Below are positions 1-11,740 of a DNA stretch of 64,000 nt, in pieces (the stretch's first letter is position 1; every line of letters starts with the position of its first letter). The DNA is from Octopus sinensis (lineage: Eukaryota). Where the stretch lies: assembly GCF_006345805.1 (NCBI RefSeq), contig NC_043005.1, positions 11,842,001-11,906,000 of the forward strand, written 5' to 3'. A program made the position numbers and the translations under genes. Under the pieces are notes generated by a model. It saw only the letters and a list, made by a program, of their open reading frames with translations. It was not told the DNA's origin and did no database searches.

Positions 1-866
1 CTCACAAGCCATTGAATATAGCAGAACAGAAACACCATAAACCAAATTCTCAGATCGAGCAGCACAACACATATATGAAATCATAAACAATCATATATAG
101 AAGAAATGAGCCTGTAAAACTCAGAATAAATAGCACGAGATCACACCAAACGCAGAAAAGGAAGTTACTGTAACAAAATTAACACATGCAGAAAAAATCC
201 AATATCTAAAACTGAGTTTGTAGAGCAGAGAATTGCTCACGATAAAAGAGGAGAAAAAAACTATATAAAACACTAGTCACATGCGAAAATATACTGGATC
301 CATACACACATTAAGCAGAATAAAAACATCGTATAATAGATTAGGCAGTTGCAGTAATGAAGAAAACTCTAAGGAAAAGTAAAAATATTCGCAGTAATCG
401 TAAAAAGTTGAATAAGACACGAATAAACGCAGATTTATGAGGAAATGATAACCAAATAAAACTGAACATTCGAAGATATTATTTCGATTGAAATAAAGCC
501 TAACGTTAATACAATGACCTGATTTACACAGTAACCATGGCAATATGAAGCCAAAGTTTCAACTCAGGAATAGTCGCAAGAAAATCTATTTTGCACACTA
601 TTACAAAAAAAGATAAAACACCTCATGTCGTTCCGTGAAAAGTAGAAAGAAGTGTGTTTAATTTTAACATTTCAATCGTTTCAAAATTGCATGGATCACA
701 GTAATTATTTAATTATTATTAAGTGTCGAACCGCTAAGTTTCACTAATTCTTGTCATGAAATCAGTAAATCCTAACACAGGGATTGACAAGGAAATGAGT
801 GCGGGTCTGGGCATGTGTATGTGCATATGTGTGTGTGTTTCAGTGTCCATGTATATATATAGTGAA

Positions 867-1187
867 GGTGCGTGGCTTAGAGGTTAGGGCATTCGGCTCA
901 CGATTGTAAAGTCGTGAGTTCGATTCCCGGCGACGCGTTGTGTCCTTGAGCACGACACTTTATTTCACGTTGCTGCAGTCCACTCAGCTGGCAAAAATGT
1001 ATAGTACCTGTATTTCAAAGGGCCAGCCTTGTAACACTCTGTGTCACGCTGAATCTCCCTGAGAACTACGTTTGGGGTGCACGTGTCTGTGGATTGCTCA
1101 GTCGCTGGCACGTTAATTTCACGAGCAAGCTGTTCCGTCGATCGTATCAGCTGGGGCCCTCGTCGTCGTAACAGACGGAGTGCTCCT
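867..1187 (+). mobile_element. tRNA-derived SINE with CORE-like central domain; 3' half shared with the 5183/15277 family
   Basis: A-box-like TGGCTTAGAGG, B-box GAGTTCGATTCCC, CORE-like GTGTCCTTGAGCACGACACTT...CAGTCCACTCAGCTG, then tail TGTGTCACGCTGAAT...CGTCGTCGTAACAGACGGAGTGC as in copies at 5183-5564 and 15277-15658. Confidence 0.85.
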
Positions 1188-1188
1188 T

Positions 1189-1265
<77 letters not shown>

Positions 1266-2056
1266 ATATATATATATATACATACATACATACACACATA
1301 TACACACACACACATATAACATTAGGCGAACGTATTCTCCTGTCTGTAATCTTATAAACTTATAAATTTGCCTATGTAGAAGTTTCATACATACACACCT
1401 TGTCTCTGGTTACGGACATGCTAGCCTATCACTTGAGATATCCTAGAAAGAGCCGTAGGACTTCAAGTTTATCCTAATTAAATTATTCTTTATGACATGA
1501 GATACTCATCCTGCCTTGGTTTTTATTGTCCTTTTCCTCTAATATAATATATACCTGCTAACACAGAAGCCTAAAACAGATCCGTAGCTCCAGCCTTAGC
1601 TGTGAACTTCAAACCTAACGGCTGACCAATTACAGCACATGCTCAGCGTACCTATATTTTTAGGTCACCAGTGAAATATTGTCTCTGAGGAGAATCATTC
1701 TCTTTTAGTGCCTTATTTAACACACTTACCGGTCTGATTTCCACTCATTTACTTCTTTTTACTGAAATTTTCGTTGCCTCTGTCAACCTTTTCAATAGTC
1801 TTGATTCTGTCCCAACTTTTGAAAAGGTTGAAAGATGCAACGAAAATTTTAGTAAAAAAGATAAGTAAATAAGTGGAAACCAGACTGTGAGAGTGTGTTA
1901 AATTAATAAGAGACTCAAAGAGAATGACTCTCCGCAGACGCAGTACAATATGCTTCAACACACAAATTCACATAAAGAATCTTGCAAGCCAAAAAGAAAA
2001 ATGAAATATATATATATATATATATATATACCCATATCCATATATACATATTTATG

Positions 2057-2134
<78 letters not shown>

Positions 2135-2559
2135 TATATAAACACACCTAGGGACTCTGCTCAATAGTGATCTGTGAAATTCAACTAAGATATTGTTTAA
2201 GCAGAAGATACAATATAAACATTTACTTAAGTCAATCACAGTCAGATCGAACACTCAAACACGTTATCCTTTATTTAACATTTTAACTACGCGGCTCTAC
2301 ATATATCTAGTATTTAAAAGCAAAACGAAGAAAATATAAAAATCAAAATAACGAAGACTTTTCAGGTGTATACGAATTACATAATCGTAGATAAATGCAT
2401 ATAAATATGATTGCTCCTTCAACGAAAATCATATATTAAAACGTATACAATAGAAACTATAACTTATGATGGGAAAGAGACGAAAGCGATAAGAATATAA
2501 AATAAAATATGAACATTAATTGTCCATCTTAATTAACTGGTATATGTGTCTCAATGGCT

Positions 2560-3200
2560 TGTAAACCTGCAGAAGTTCCACATTTTTAAAGATATATATA
2601 GAGATCTTGTAGCCACAATTCAATGAATTCTAACAGAGACTATAGTAAATAACTGGTTTGTTATCGAAATGGAAAAATATAAATTTCTGGAAAAGTAGGA
2701 AACCTATTCACAAAAATCTTGCTACCAGTTTCCATCTGTCTGATATTTATATATTCTTAAGCATTAGTTGCCCATCTGGAAAATATTTGCATTTTACTAG
2801 AAAACAAAACAAAAACAGTTTGCCTTAAAGAGGTAAGTATGGATGTAAACCCAGCAGTTATTTGACACAGCAAAGAGACTTCAACACATTGGATAGATAA
2901 AATATCGAAAAAGATTTGACCACACACTGTACTTTTGAGCATTAAAGACTTTGTACAAAAAGAAAGCAATTTAGCACAGGGACGATATATCAGCAGCAGC
3001 GACATAGCAAAAGTAAAAACATATCATATTCCATTGTAAGTCGAATGAGCCGAATAATCTGTTGGGGGAAAAAGGAGAAGACTTCTCACTGTATTCGGAA
3101 CAATTTTATCATGAAGCTGAACAGGCAGGTTTATGTCTACCACAGATAAGAAAGAAGTTGTTGGTACAAAAATAGAACTAAGAACTATTACTAAGTAATC
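2560..3200 (+). mobile_element. Heavily decayed LINE reverse-transcriptase remnant
   Basis: Broken frames faintly resemble RT motifs (PVS.., LD..K.FD, GE.GEDFS); many stops. Confidence 0.25.
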
Positions 3201-3287
3201 ATAGCCAGTCTAAACAAATATTTGAAAAATAGAAAAATACAGTGACAATTATAAAGGATAGACAAAACAGAGAGTTACCTTCCCATT

Positions 3288-3329
<42 letters not shown>

Positions 3330-3595
3330 TGAGGTGTGATTCGTTAAGAATGTATTACAGTGCAAATAGAGGTCGTTCATACTTAGAATAGATGTTATCA
3401 TAGAGGTACATTATTACTTCATTTAATTCAATTTAAATTTAAATTTAAATTTAAATCTTCCTTATATACGTAGATCTATATGTATCGAAACATTTGTAGT
3501 GATCATTAACAAGCTTCCTAACCGTACTTAGTTACTCTTCTTTTTGACTCTTTTACTTTTTACGTGCTCTCTCTCTCTCTCTCTCTCTCTCTCGC

Positions 3596-3650
<55 letters not shown>

Positions 3651-3776
3651 TTTCTTATACTTCATTTACTGTTTTTGCAAATACTGAATATATATTTACC
3701 TGGACTGTACAGGGGGACTTGCATGTTTGAAATCCCTTTGAAAGATTTCGGTCCTCATCCCTATACATACATACAT

Positions 3777-3807
<31 letters not shown>

Positions 3808-3809
3808 AT

Positions 3810-3881
<72 letters not shown>

Positions 3882-3911
3882 ATCTCTCTCTCTGTCTATA
3901 TATATATAGAT

Positions 3912-4020
3912 ATACGACAGGTTTCTTTTTATCAATTCTAGGCGGCCCGAAGCTACAATTGAAGACAGTTGACGAAGGTGCCAAGCAGTGGGACTGAACC
4001 CGGAACGATACAGCCACCTC
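3912..4020 (-). mobile_element. Degenerate 5' half of family-C SINE
   Basis: GCAGTGGGACTGAACCCGGAAC and ACGACAGGTTTCTTT match the reverse complement of the full copies at 29000 and 58855. Confidence 0.7.
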
Positions 4021-4039
4021 ACATCCTTTATATATATCT

Positions 4040-4520
4040 AAAGCACTTTGTTCCTATAATCTTTGACTTGTTACATGCCCTCTGATGCCCAACTACATTG
4101 CTTTGGATTTTTCCCAACCTTATCCATTTTCCACTCATTTTTTCCGAATTTTCCTCAGCACTTCTACCTATTTCTTCTCACTATACCGTCTTTTTCACCG
4201 TTTACTGCTCTTTTTCCTCGCCTTCCTCTCAACTTGTTTACATTCCACCCTACTCCACTCGAAACCCACAGGTTGTAGCGATGCACCTTGCATTTTTTAT
4301 CTCTTCTCAACTCCCTCCAATAGAATAGCATTCCCACACTGCCCCTAAAATTTATCGGATTTTTCAGTCTAATTTGCCTCTACCCACTACCCTTCTTCGT
4401 GTTCCTTTTCTGAGGAAGGATCGTATGTCCGAAACGTAAAAGAATCTTTGCCTCTTTTCTAATCAAGCATGAGTTGAATAACACCTTTGGAGAAACAAAT
4501 CTCCTTACATTTCTTTTCAT
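4040..4520 (+). mobile_element. Penelope-like element terminal fragment carrying a hammerhead-like motif
   Basis: Pyrimidine-rich stretch ending in CTGAGGAAGGA...TCCGAAACGTA, the pattern typical of Penelope-like element termini; followed by (TG)n. Confidence 0.5.
4403..4445 (+). ncRNA. Minimal type I hammerhead ribozyme-like motif with intact core
   Basis: CTGAGGA (4410-4416), extra A, stem II GGA/TCC, GAAAC (4431-4435), GTA cleavage triplet, short stem I TTTT/AAAG, palindromic ACGT stem III. Confidence 0.55.
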
Positions 4521-4929
4521 GATATGTGTGTGTGTGTGTGCGTGTGTGAGTGTGCGTGCATGCATGTGCGTGTATGTGTGTATGTGTATACACAAACTTA
4601 CACACATAGATAACAATGAAACAGAAAGCAAAATGATACACTGAGCAGTATTTAAATAATGCAAAACAACAGATATGTGAATAAGAAGCTTAAAAATTAA
4701 ATCCTCAGGCGAGGATATACCGTTCAATATCGCAGTATAGAATACGCTCATTTCTCATTAGTTGTGGAAAGTATGATGAAATCATAAATTATATTATCCC
4801 TGGTTGTATGCTGCTATAAATCCGCACCTATAACAATGCAGCGGTGTAATTGCACGGGAAAATATACGCGAGTTGCAAGAGGAAGACAAGTAAAACAAAA
4901 ATACTGAATGCAGCGATGTCTATATCCTC

Positions 4930-5150
4930 TAAAATATGCTCGCTCACATGGATAGAAAAGAAAAGCTAACAAATCCGATAACGTTATCAAGGCCATAACT
5001 GATTGGTGGTACATATTTATGGAAATACCAATACCATATAGTAATAATATTTCTTTGAAATCACTGAGAATAAGACGTAAAGAGATCGAATTCAACAAGA
5101 TTTGGAACATGAAGAACAAAACAATACCAGGCAACATCAAGTCCATAATA
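4930..5150 (+). mobile_element. Decayed C-terminal end of an R4-like (RLE) non-LTR retrotransposon
   Basis: Translates to RP.../MEIPIPYSNNIS...IEFNKIWNMKNKTIPG, resembling RPD..IDISIP..EI.KIW.MK..TIPV of R4-type elements. Confidence 0.4.
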
Positions 5151-5182
5151 ACCCCACCCCCTTGGGAAAACCCACATACTGG

Positions 5183-5564
5183 TGGAAGCACTCCGTCGGT
5201 TACGACGACGAGGGTTCCGGTTGATCCGACCAACGGAACAGCCTGCTCGTGAAATTAACGTGTAAGTGGCTGAGCACGCCACAGACACGTGTACCCTTAA
5301 CGTAGTTCTCGGGGATATTCAGCGTGACACAGAGAGTGACAAGGCCGGCCCTTTGAAATACAGGTACAACAGAAACAGGAAGTAAGAGTGAGAGAAAGTT
5401 GTGGTGAAAGAGTACAGCAGGGATCGCCACCATCCCCTGCCGAAGCCTCGTGGAGCTTTAGGTGTTTTCGCTCAATAAACACTCACAACGCCCGGTCTGG
5501 GAATCGAAACCGCGATCCTACGACCGCGAGTCCGCTGCCCTAACCACTGGGCCATTGCGCCTCC
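5183..5564 (-). mobile_element. Full-length tRNA-derived SINE (family D)
   Basis: Reverse complement near-identical to 15277-15658; 10-bp direct repeat CCCACATACT at 5171-5180 and 5570-5579 (TSD). Confidence 0.92.
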
Positions 5565-5629
5565 ACCTACCCACATACTAGGGAATGTGGCATCAATCAT
5601 GTGATAAAAATGTATATCATGGATCTCAA

Positions 5630-5631
5630 TA

Positions 5632-5670
<39 letters not shown>
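5630..5670. repeat. (GAT)n microsatellite
   Basis: Direct reading. Confidence 0.95.
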
Positions 5671-6400
5671 ACTTTTCTTTCGTTCGCCTTTTGGATATTA
5701 CAAAACTGAATTGTTAAGAATGCAGGTGCTTTGAAATCAAAAACAAACATGGAATGGGCCATCCAAGTATGATATCAACCACTACAAGCAAAGAAGGCAC
5801 GCCCTTGAATACACGATTTCAGAGCATTTCTAGAAACACTGGCCCATATTTTAGCTAATTCACTGCAGGGAAGTAACTATATATCTTCACCATTATCTTT
5901 ATATAAAATTCGAAGAAATTTATGACGGCTTGGCCCAAGAGGGTAAAATCTGTTTTCGGCCTGTCACTGTTGTACAACGTACAACCTTTCTCGCCATGTC
6001 CTAAAGAGTGACAAATTTATCTTTGTAGTCTTGGAGATGTTATCAAAAGTTGAATGTCAACGCAGGTCCTGCAAAACATCCTGTAATTTATTATGCCTGG
6101 TCTTACCACCTGTCCGTATTAAGAGTGTTCTTCACGCACCAAATCTGCCTCTCGCTTTGCCAGTTCTCACTTTCAAAAGCCTTCCTATTGGTGACAAAAC
6201 AGAAAATGTTACACAGCAGCCAGGATCCATTCAACTTGTTGGTTTATAGAAACTCCCTTATGTTGTTTTATCTCTTGCCTATTGTCAATATATCCCGTGA
6301 ATAAGGAAGCACTATTCTTGTAATATATCTGTCTCGTGCCTGTCCATTTTCTTAGATCCCACCTATATTGAGTATTTCTGTCTGCCTCTAAGTTTTTCGC

Positions 6401-6401
<1 letters not shown>

Positions 6402-6467
<66 letters not shown>
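6402..6467. repeat. (CTTT)n microsatellite
   Basis: Direct reading. Confidence 0.95.
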
Positions 6468-6468
<1 letters not shown>

Positions 6469-6629
6469 GTTATCATTGTTATTAATTATATTAACAAATG
6501 AAAAATAATATTTTAAATGAGGTTCAAGTGTGAATGAGTGTTGTATACGTTTTTCATATATATATTCAATTCAAATCTTTCTGTTTGTTTCGGTGCTATT
6601 AAACTTACTGAACAACAACAAAATCTACA

Positions 6630-6835
6630 CCAACTACGACAACAACACAACAGCAACAACAATACTAACAACGCTTTCTAATTTCGGTAGAAAGCCAGCA
6701 ATTTCGTGTGAGGGGTTAAATCGATTAGGCTGATCCCATTACGTAACCAGTAATTGTCTTATAGGCTCCAGAATATGAACGATTTCGACGGAGTTTGAAC
6801 TCAGAACGCGAGAGAGCTGGAAGTAATAACATTAA
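6630..6835 (-). mobile_element. Degenerate family-B SINE with (AAC)n tail
   Basis: TTTGAACTCAGAACG B-box region and tail similar to copies at 27030 and 63465. Confidence 0.6.
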
Positions 6836-6949
6836 TCCTTTTTTTATTATCTTTATAAGCGCATAGGATAAGAAGGCATCAGGTGGACAAATTACATAAA
6901 ATTTCTTCAGTTTAGAAATCTTCAACTGCAATAAACTCGTAATGGATAA

Positions 6950-8900
6950 AGAAGTACACAGAATAAATAAGTTATTTCATGAATATAAGAAATAAAGCTG
7001 GAAGTTTCATACAGTTGCATAGATCAATTACTGGGCAACAAAGGCATAACTGGAATCTGCAGGAAGAAAAATGCTTGCCAATAGATTCTTTTTACAGTTC
7101 CCTATATGCGGTTCTTGGAAACATTAGCCTTGAGTAAAGTATCACGCACAATAAAGAGATATTTTAAATCACACCATCCATGAGTGAATGGCAAATAATT
7201 CAGTGGATAGAAAAAAGAGGGAATAATTAAAAGTAGCCTCAACTGCATTAGAAAAAGAATACGTATTTTAGGAGGATTCCGTTACTCCACTCGCTTAGAA
7301 ATACTATTGTAGACAATAACACAGATTTGCTAGCGGACTGGAAAAAATGGGACAAAATAACCTGGAAGACAGGAAAAGGAATTAACAGCAATAATATTTA
7401 AGTTAGATGATGAAACATGTAAGAAAATTAGACCAAACATATACAAATACTTCGAGATCAATAAACTAGACTTAGTAGAGCACAAATGGTAGAAAAACAT
7501 TGGAGGAATATTATATACACATTAATACTTAAAATAGAACATATTAGGGAAATAGGCATGAAACCTTTGGCAGTACAACTATTAAGATAGTCATAACATT
7601 CTAAATTGGCATTTGATGAACCGTAAGTCTATACAGTAATCCAAAATGTGACGTACAAATATGATATCACTAGGATATAGCAATAGGGACTTTATGTAAC
7701 GAGGAGACTGTTAAAATAATCGTTATAACTATTAAAATAACTAGAATAAATAAAACAGTAAAAAGTTTTAAAACACGAACGCAGTGACGAAAAGCAGCCA
7801 CATGTATTGTAAATAAGTTACAGAAAGAAAAGAAAATGCTAAAATTTGGGTTACAGAATTATCCATCCCGGTCAATAGATGAAACAGTTGAATGGAGTAG
7901 AAATTGACAATGAAGAATCGTTACTCTATTTCAGAAGTACAGAACCCATTGTCTTGTTTGAAAGATTTTTTTTTCAGCCGAGAAACAAAGCTAAAACTAA
8001 TACAGTATATAAAGAAGCAGAATTCAATAAGTCGCTGAACATTATGTGAAGGCTGGAAAGAAGGTGTTAACTACATTGTTTTTGGCCAGGTGATAGCTGA
8101 TTTCACATATTAGAAATTGCTCCAACATTAATGACTTATAGGGTCGTGATATTTCGTTATGCAACCATAATATAATGTAGACAACATAAAACTTTTTTCA
8201 TAGGTCAATAGTGTGCCCTACTGTGTTAGCAGTGCAATGTAAAGTGCACTGTGTTAGCAGTGCACTTTACATTACTTGTTAAGGTTATTTCTACACATGG
8301 CTGCTGATGAAGGGGCAAAACCTCTCGAAATTTGGCACATACCTCCATTACCCTTTTTTTCACCTTCTATCTCATTGTTTATTCACATCTGGCGTCTCGG
8401 ATTCGAAACGTCTGAACAAAAATCAGTGATGGCTATAATATCTGTAGAGATATCTTTAACAAGTGATATTCCAATGTTATGAAAGACTAACTGAAATAGG
8501 CTGGTGTAAATATACAACAGTAATTTAGCAAGAAACGACGGAGTGAAAATATTCTGAAATATACCAAAACACAGGATGGAGTTCAAAATTAATCGATCAG
8601 ATATTATTGACAAGGAGTGAAAAAAAGCAAAGAAGTACCCCAATTGAAATATCTGTCTAAATAGATGATAATATATCGATAAAAAAAATACGAAGTGATT
8701 GCATAAATATTTTATATTTGTGTTCTGATAATTTCTCAATTTTCTCCATTTCTTCATGGAAATGGAAAATTACTAGAATGTGACTGCTGAAAACACAAAA
8801 ACAAAAACAAAATCAAACCCTTACATAATAGGGAATGATTCTCAAATGTAAATACTAATACATTAACTAAACTCCAGGACTTATAACTTCGTACATGAAA
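6950..8900 (+). mobile_element. Very old LINE (CR1/L2-like) remnant
   Basis: Purine-rich, stop-riddled frames; near 8610-8680 GVKKSKEVPQLKYL..DDNIS resembles the YADD region. Confidence 0.25.
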
Positions 8901-9868
8901 CAGGAAATAAATTACTAGGTACTTCCCTCTCATTAGGTGATTTATTACAAATTGAATAGAAATTAAAAAGGAATATAATGATCCAGCAGCTTACAGAACT
9001 GAGCTTGGTAGTACAGTGAAATATATAAATATGACTATTGAAAAATAATAATAATGGCATATTACACGGTTAATACAACTATTCTGACATAAACCATAGT
9101 TGTGCTAAGCCATAATAATGAGATTACAAGTATAAAAGAACGAAAAGAAGACATTTTAAAATATTATCATGAAATCTGAACTTATCTGTGTCAGTAACAC
9201 AGCAGTACGTCGTTTAATATCATTTGTTGAATAAAACATATAATTCATAGCAGCATGTGTAAATAAATATTAAACCTACGTCATATCAACTTCTGCAGAT
9301 TGTTTAACTTCCTTTTCTCTCTTTCTCTCCCGTTCTCTATCTCTCTCTCAAACTGATAACACATGAGGATGTGTTTATGGCTGTATGCACATTTGTACGT
9401 AATTTGTGTGTCTGTGTTGTGCAGGTATTTCTGCGCATCTGTGTATGAGTATATGTCTGTGTCTCTTGTTCATGTGTACTGTAGTATGATAGAGAGAAGA
9501 CTTGTAACAGTGCCAAGAGAAAAGTTTCTTAGGATCATATCTTTGTAGGTCGTACGCATTCTGGATTTAAATTTGCGTGTCAGAGATAACAACACATGAA
9601 CATTTCTAAAACTAACCCAGAACTTTGCATTTCTTCATATCATTTTTTTCAATAATTCATACTGGCGCTAACATGCTATCATAAAGAAAGCATTTTGATA
9701 AGGACTTTAATAATCAGAAAATAACATATATGGTTTGAGAATGAAAATAAGGAAGTAAATGGCGCACTACATTAAGTCAAGCGCGGTAAATCACAGTGGA
9801 AGGGTTAAGAATGATTGAATTGTTAGAAGATACGATGTGTGTGTGTGTTTGCGCGCGTATGTGTTTGC

Positions 9869-9901
<33 letters not shown>

Positions 9902-10305
9902 TATGTGTGTATATTTGCAGATTTAAGAGAGGGTCGAAACTACACTACCGCCATAGAATTAACAGTATACAGGCAAAAATTGATAGAGAGGGATAGAAAG
10001 AGAGGAAGACAAAGAGAGAGTTGGAGAGTGATACATACATCTATCCTGCCATTTTGTTTTTGATTTTTAGCATAAAGATACTCTGTTTGTTTGCCACCCT
10101 TATTCACTTTTGTTTATTATCAAAAAATTCTACATGCTTCTCTAACATGTTTGTTCCCCACAACACTACTCTCACAATTCCACATACACATTTCAGTCCC
10201 CCACCTAAAATTATACACACGGAAACTTAAACTTACGTACATCATTCTAACACACACATCACTCCCACTTGTATTCATGTTCAGAAACAGATACATTGTC
10301 ACGTA

Positions 10306-11183
10306 TAGGGTGTCCCGAAAAGATTTACCCATGTTTAAAACAAATTCCTAAAGAATATCGTTTCAGGTAATATTATCTACATTTTATATGTTTTTTGTTC
10401 ACGTGTCTAACGTTTCGTTCGTCTGTAACAGGTTTGTAAACAAACATTAGATTGAAAGCAAAACGTGACCAGATTGTCTCTTTGAAAACAGATGATTTGA
10501 GCAACAATGATATAACAAAACAGTTGAATGTGTGTCAATGCATAGGATTTTAAAATAGGATTTAAAGGTAGATGCATAGAGAATTTAATTTCAGCAGCTT
10601 TCAAAAAGATACGGCTCGACGGTGGTAAAACCACGTTAGCAGAGATGAAGCTCTCCGCCAACAAAATGTCGATCTCGTCTAACGAGATTTCCACTGTGGC
10701 GGCAGTTACCGACAATCAGAATGACATGCTTTATGCACGTCACGCAGGGGACTTGCCTGAAAGTAGGAGCTATTTACGCCATCAGAAACCAGCTTCACTC
10801 ATGGTGCGGACTGCAGTTGTATCTGATTGAGCCAAGCCTCACTTCATCTTCATCGATGCTGGCGTCAAGGTTAACAGTGAAGTTTATGTGGAAATTTTGG
10901 ATGAGAAAGTGTTACCTTGGGTTACAGAAAACTTTGGTGACCGTTACACCTTCCTTCAAGACGGAGCTCCGGCCCACACATCCAATTTGACACAAAGGTG
11001 GTGCAAAGAGAATTTCAGCGTTCAGGCTATGATCAATACAAATGGTGACCATTTTGAAATATAATTACTGCTTTGGATCGGCAATTTATATTAAAAGGTG
11101 TGTGCCAAATTTCATTACGCTACCTTAAATTTATTTCGAATAATTAAGAACTATCAATGGGTAAATCTTTCTGGGACACCCTG
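10306..11183 (+). mobile_element. Internally deleted Tc1/mariner element (maT/DD37D-like)
   Basis: TIRs (T/C)AGGGTGTCCC..AAAGATTTACCCAT at both ends, flanked by TA; peptide QKPASLMV...GVKVNSEVYVEILDEKVLPWV...YTFLQDGAPAHTSNLTQRWCKENF joined directly to AMINTNGDHFE. Confidence 0.9.
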
Positions 11184-11697
11184 TACAGATATACATCTAC
11201 TTCAACTGATTTTATTAACTCCCTGCCTCTAAACATCATTGCCCTTTGTTTCTAACCTTCAATTCCCGCTTACGTGTTCCTCGCTTTTTATCGGCATATA
11301 TAAAAGGCAGGATGCGAGTGTGTACGGGAGTGTAATTTATGCACGTCCACAAATTAGCACGCTTGTCGCTCCAATTTTAGGAGGACATTCGTCATGAACG
11401 TAGCTGTATTTTCGTCAACTTATTTTCCCCAGACACAGCAGCGAATAGTAGTAAATATAAATTTTCAACCGAAACTTTTAACAATCTTCAAATCGGAGAA
11501 ATCACCATTGTTTGCAAACAGGAGGTAATTCCCATTCTAACGATCAGTAAGTTTTTGTTTAGACTTTTGTTTTTTTTCTTTTTTCATTGAGGAAAAAAGT
11601 GTTTTGTCGATTTACGGGCAACACAAACACACACACAACACACACGCGCGAGCGAACATGTATGCAATAGGTGTACGTACGTATGTGTGTGTGTTGC

Positions 11698-11739
<42 letters not shown>

Positions 11740-11740
<1 letters not shown>

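Noticed and set aside
2765-2838. Possible exon ending at GAG|GTAAGT
   Set aside because: It lies in what looks like a decayed RT remnant; no convincing acceptor or partner exons.
5900-6300. ORFs 6031-6249 and 6050-6304
   Set aside because: No recognisable protein; perhaps a very old LINE fragment on the minus strand, but the motifs are too weak to call.
11290-11560. TATA box (TATATAAAAGG) with downstream donor-like GAG|GTAATT
   Set aside because: No initiator, ORF or linked exon; such motifs are common in AT-rich DNA.
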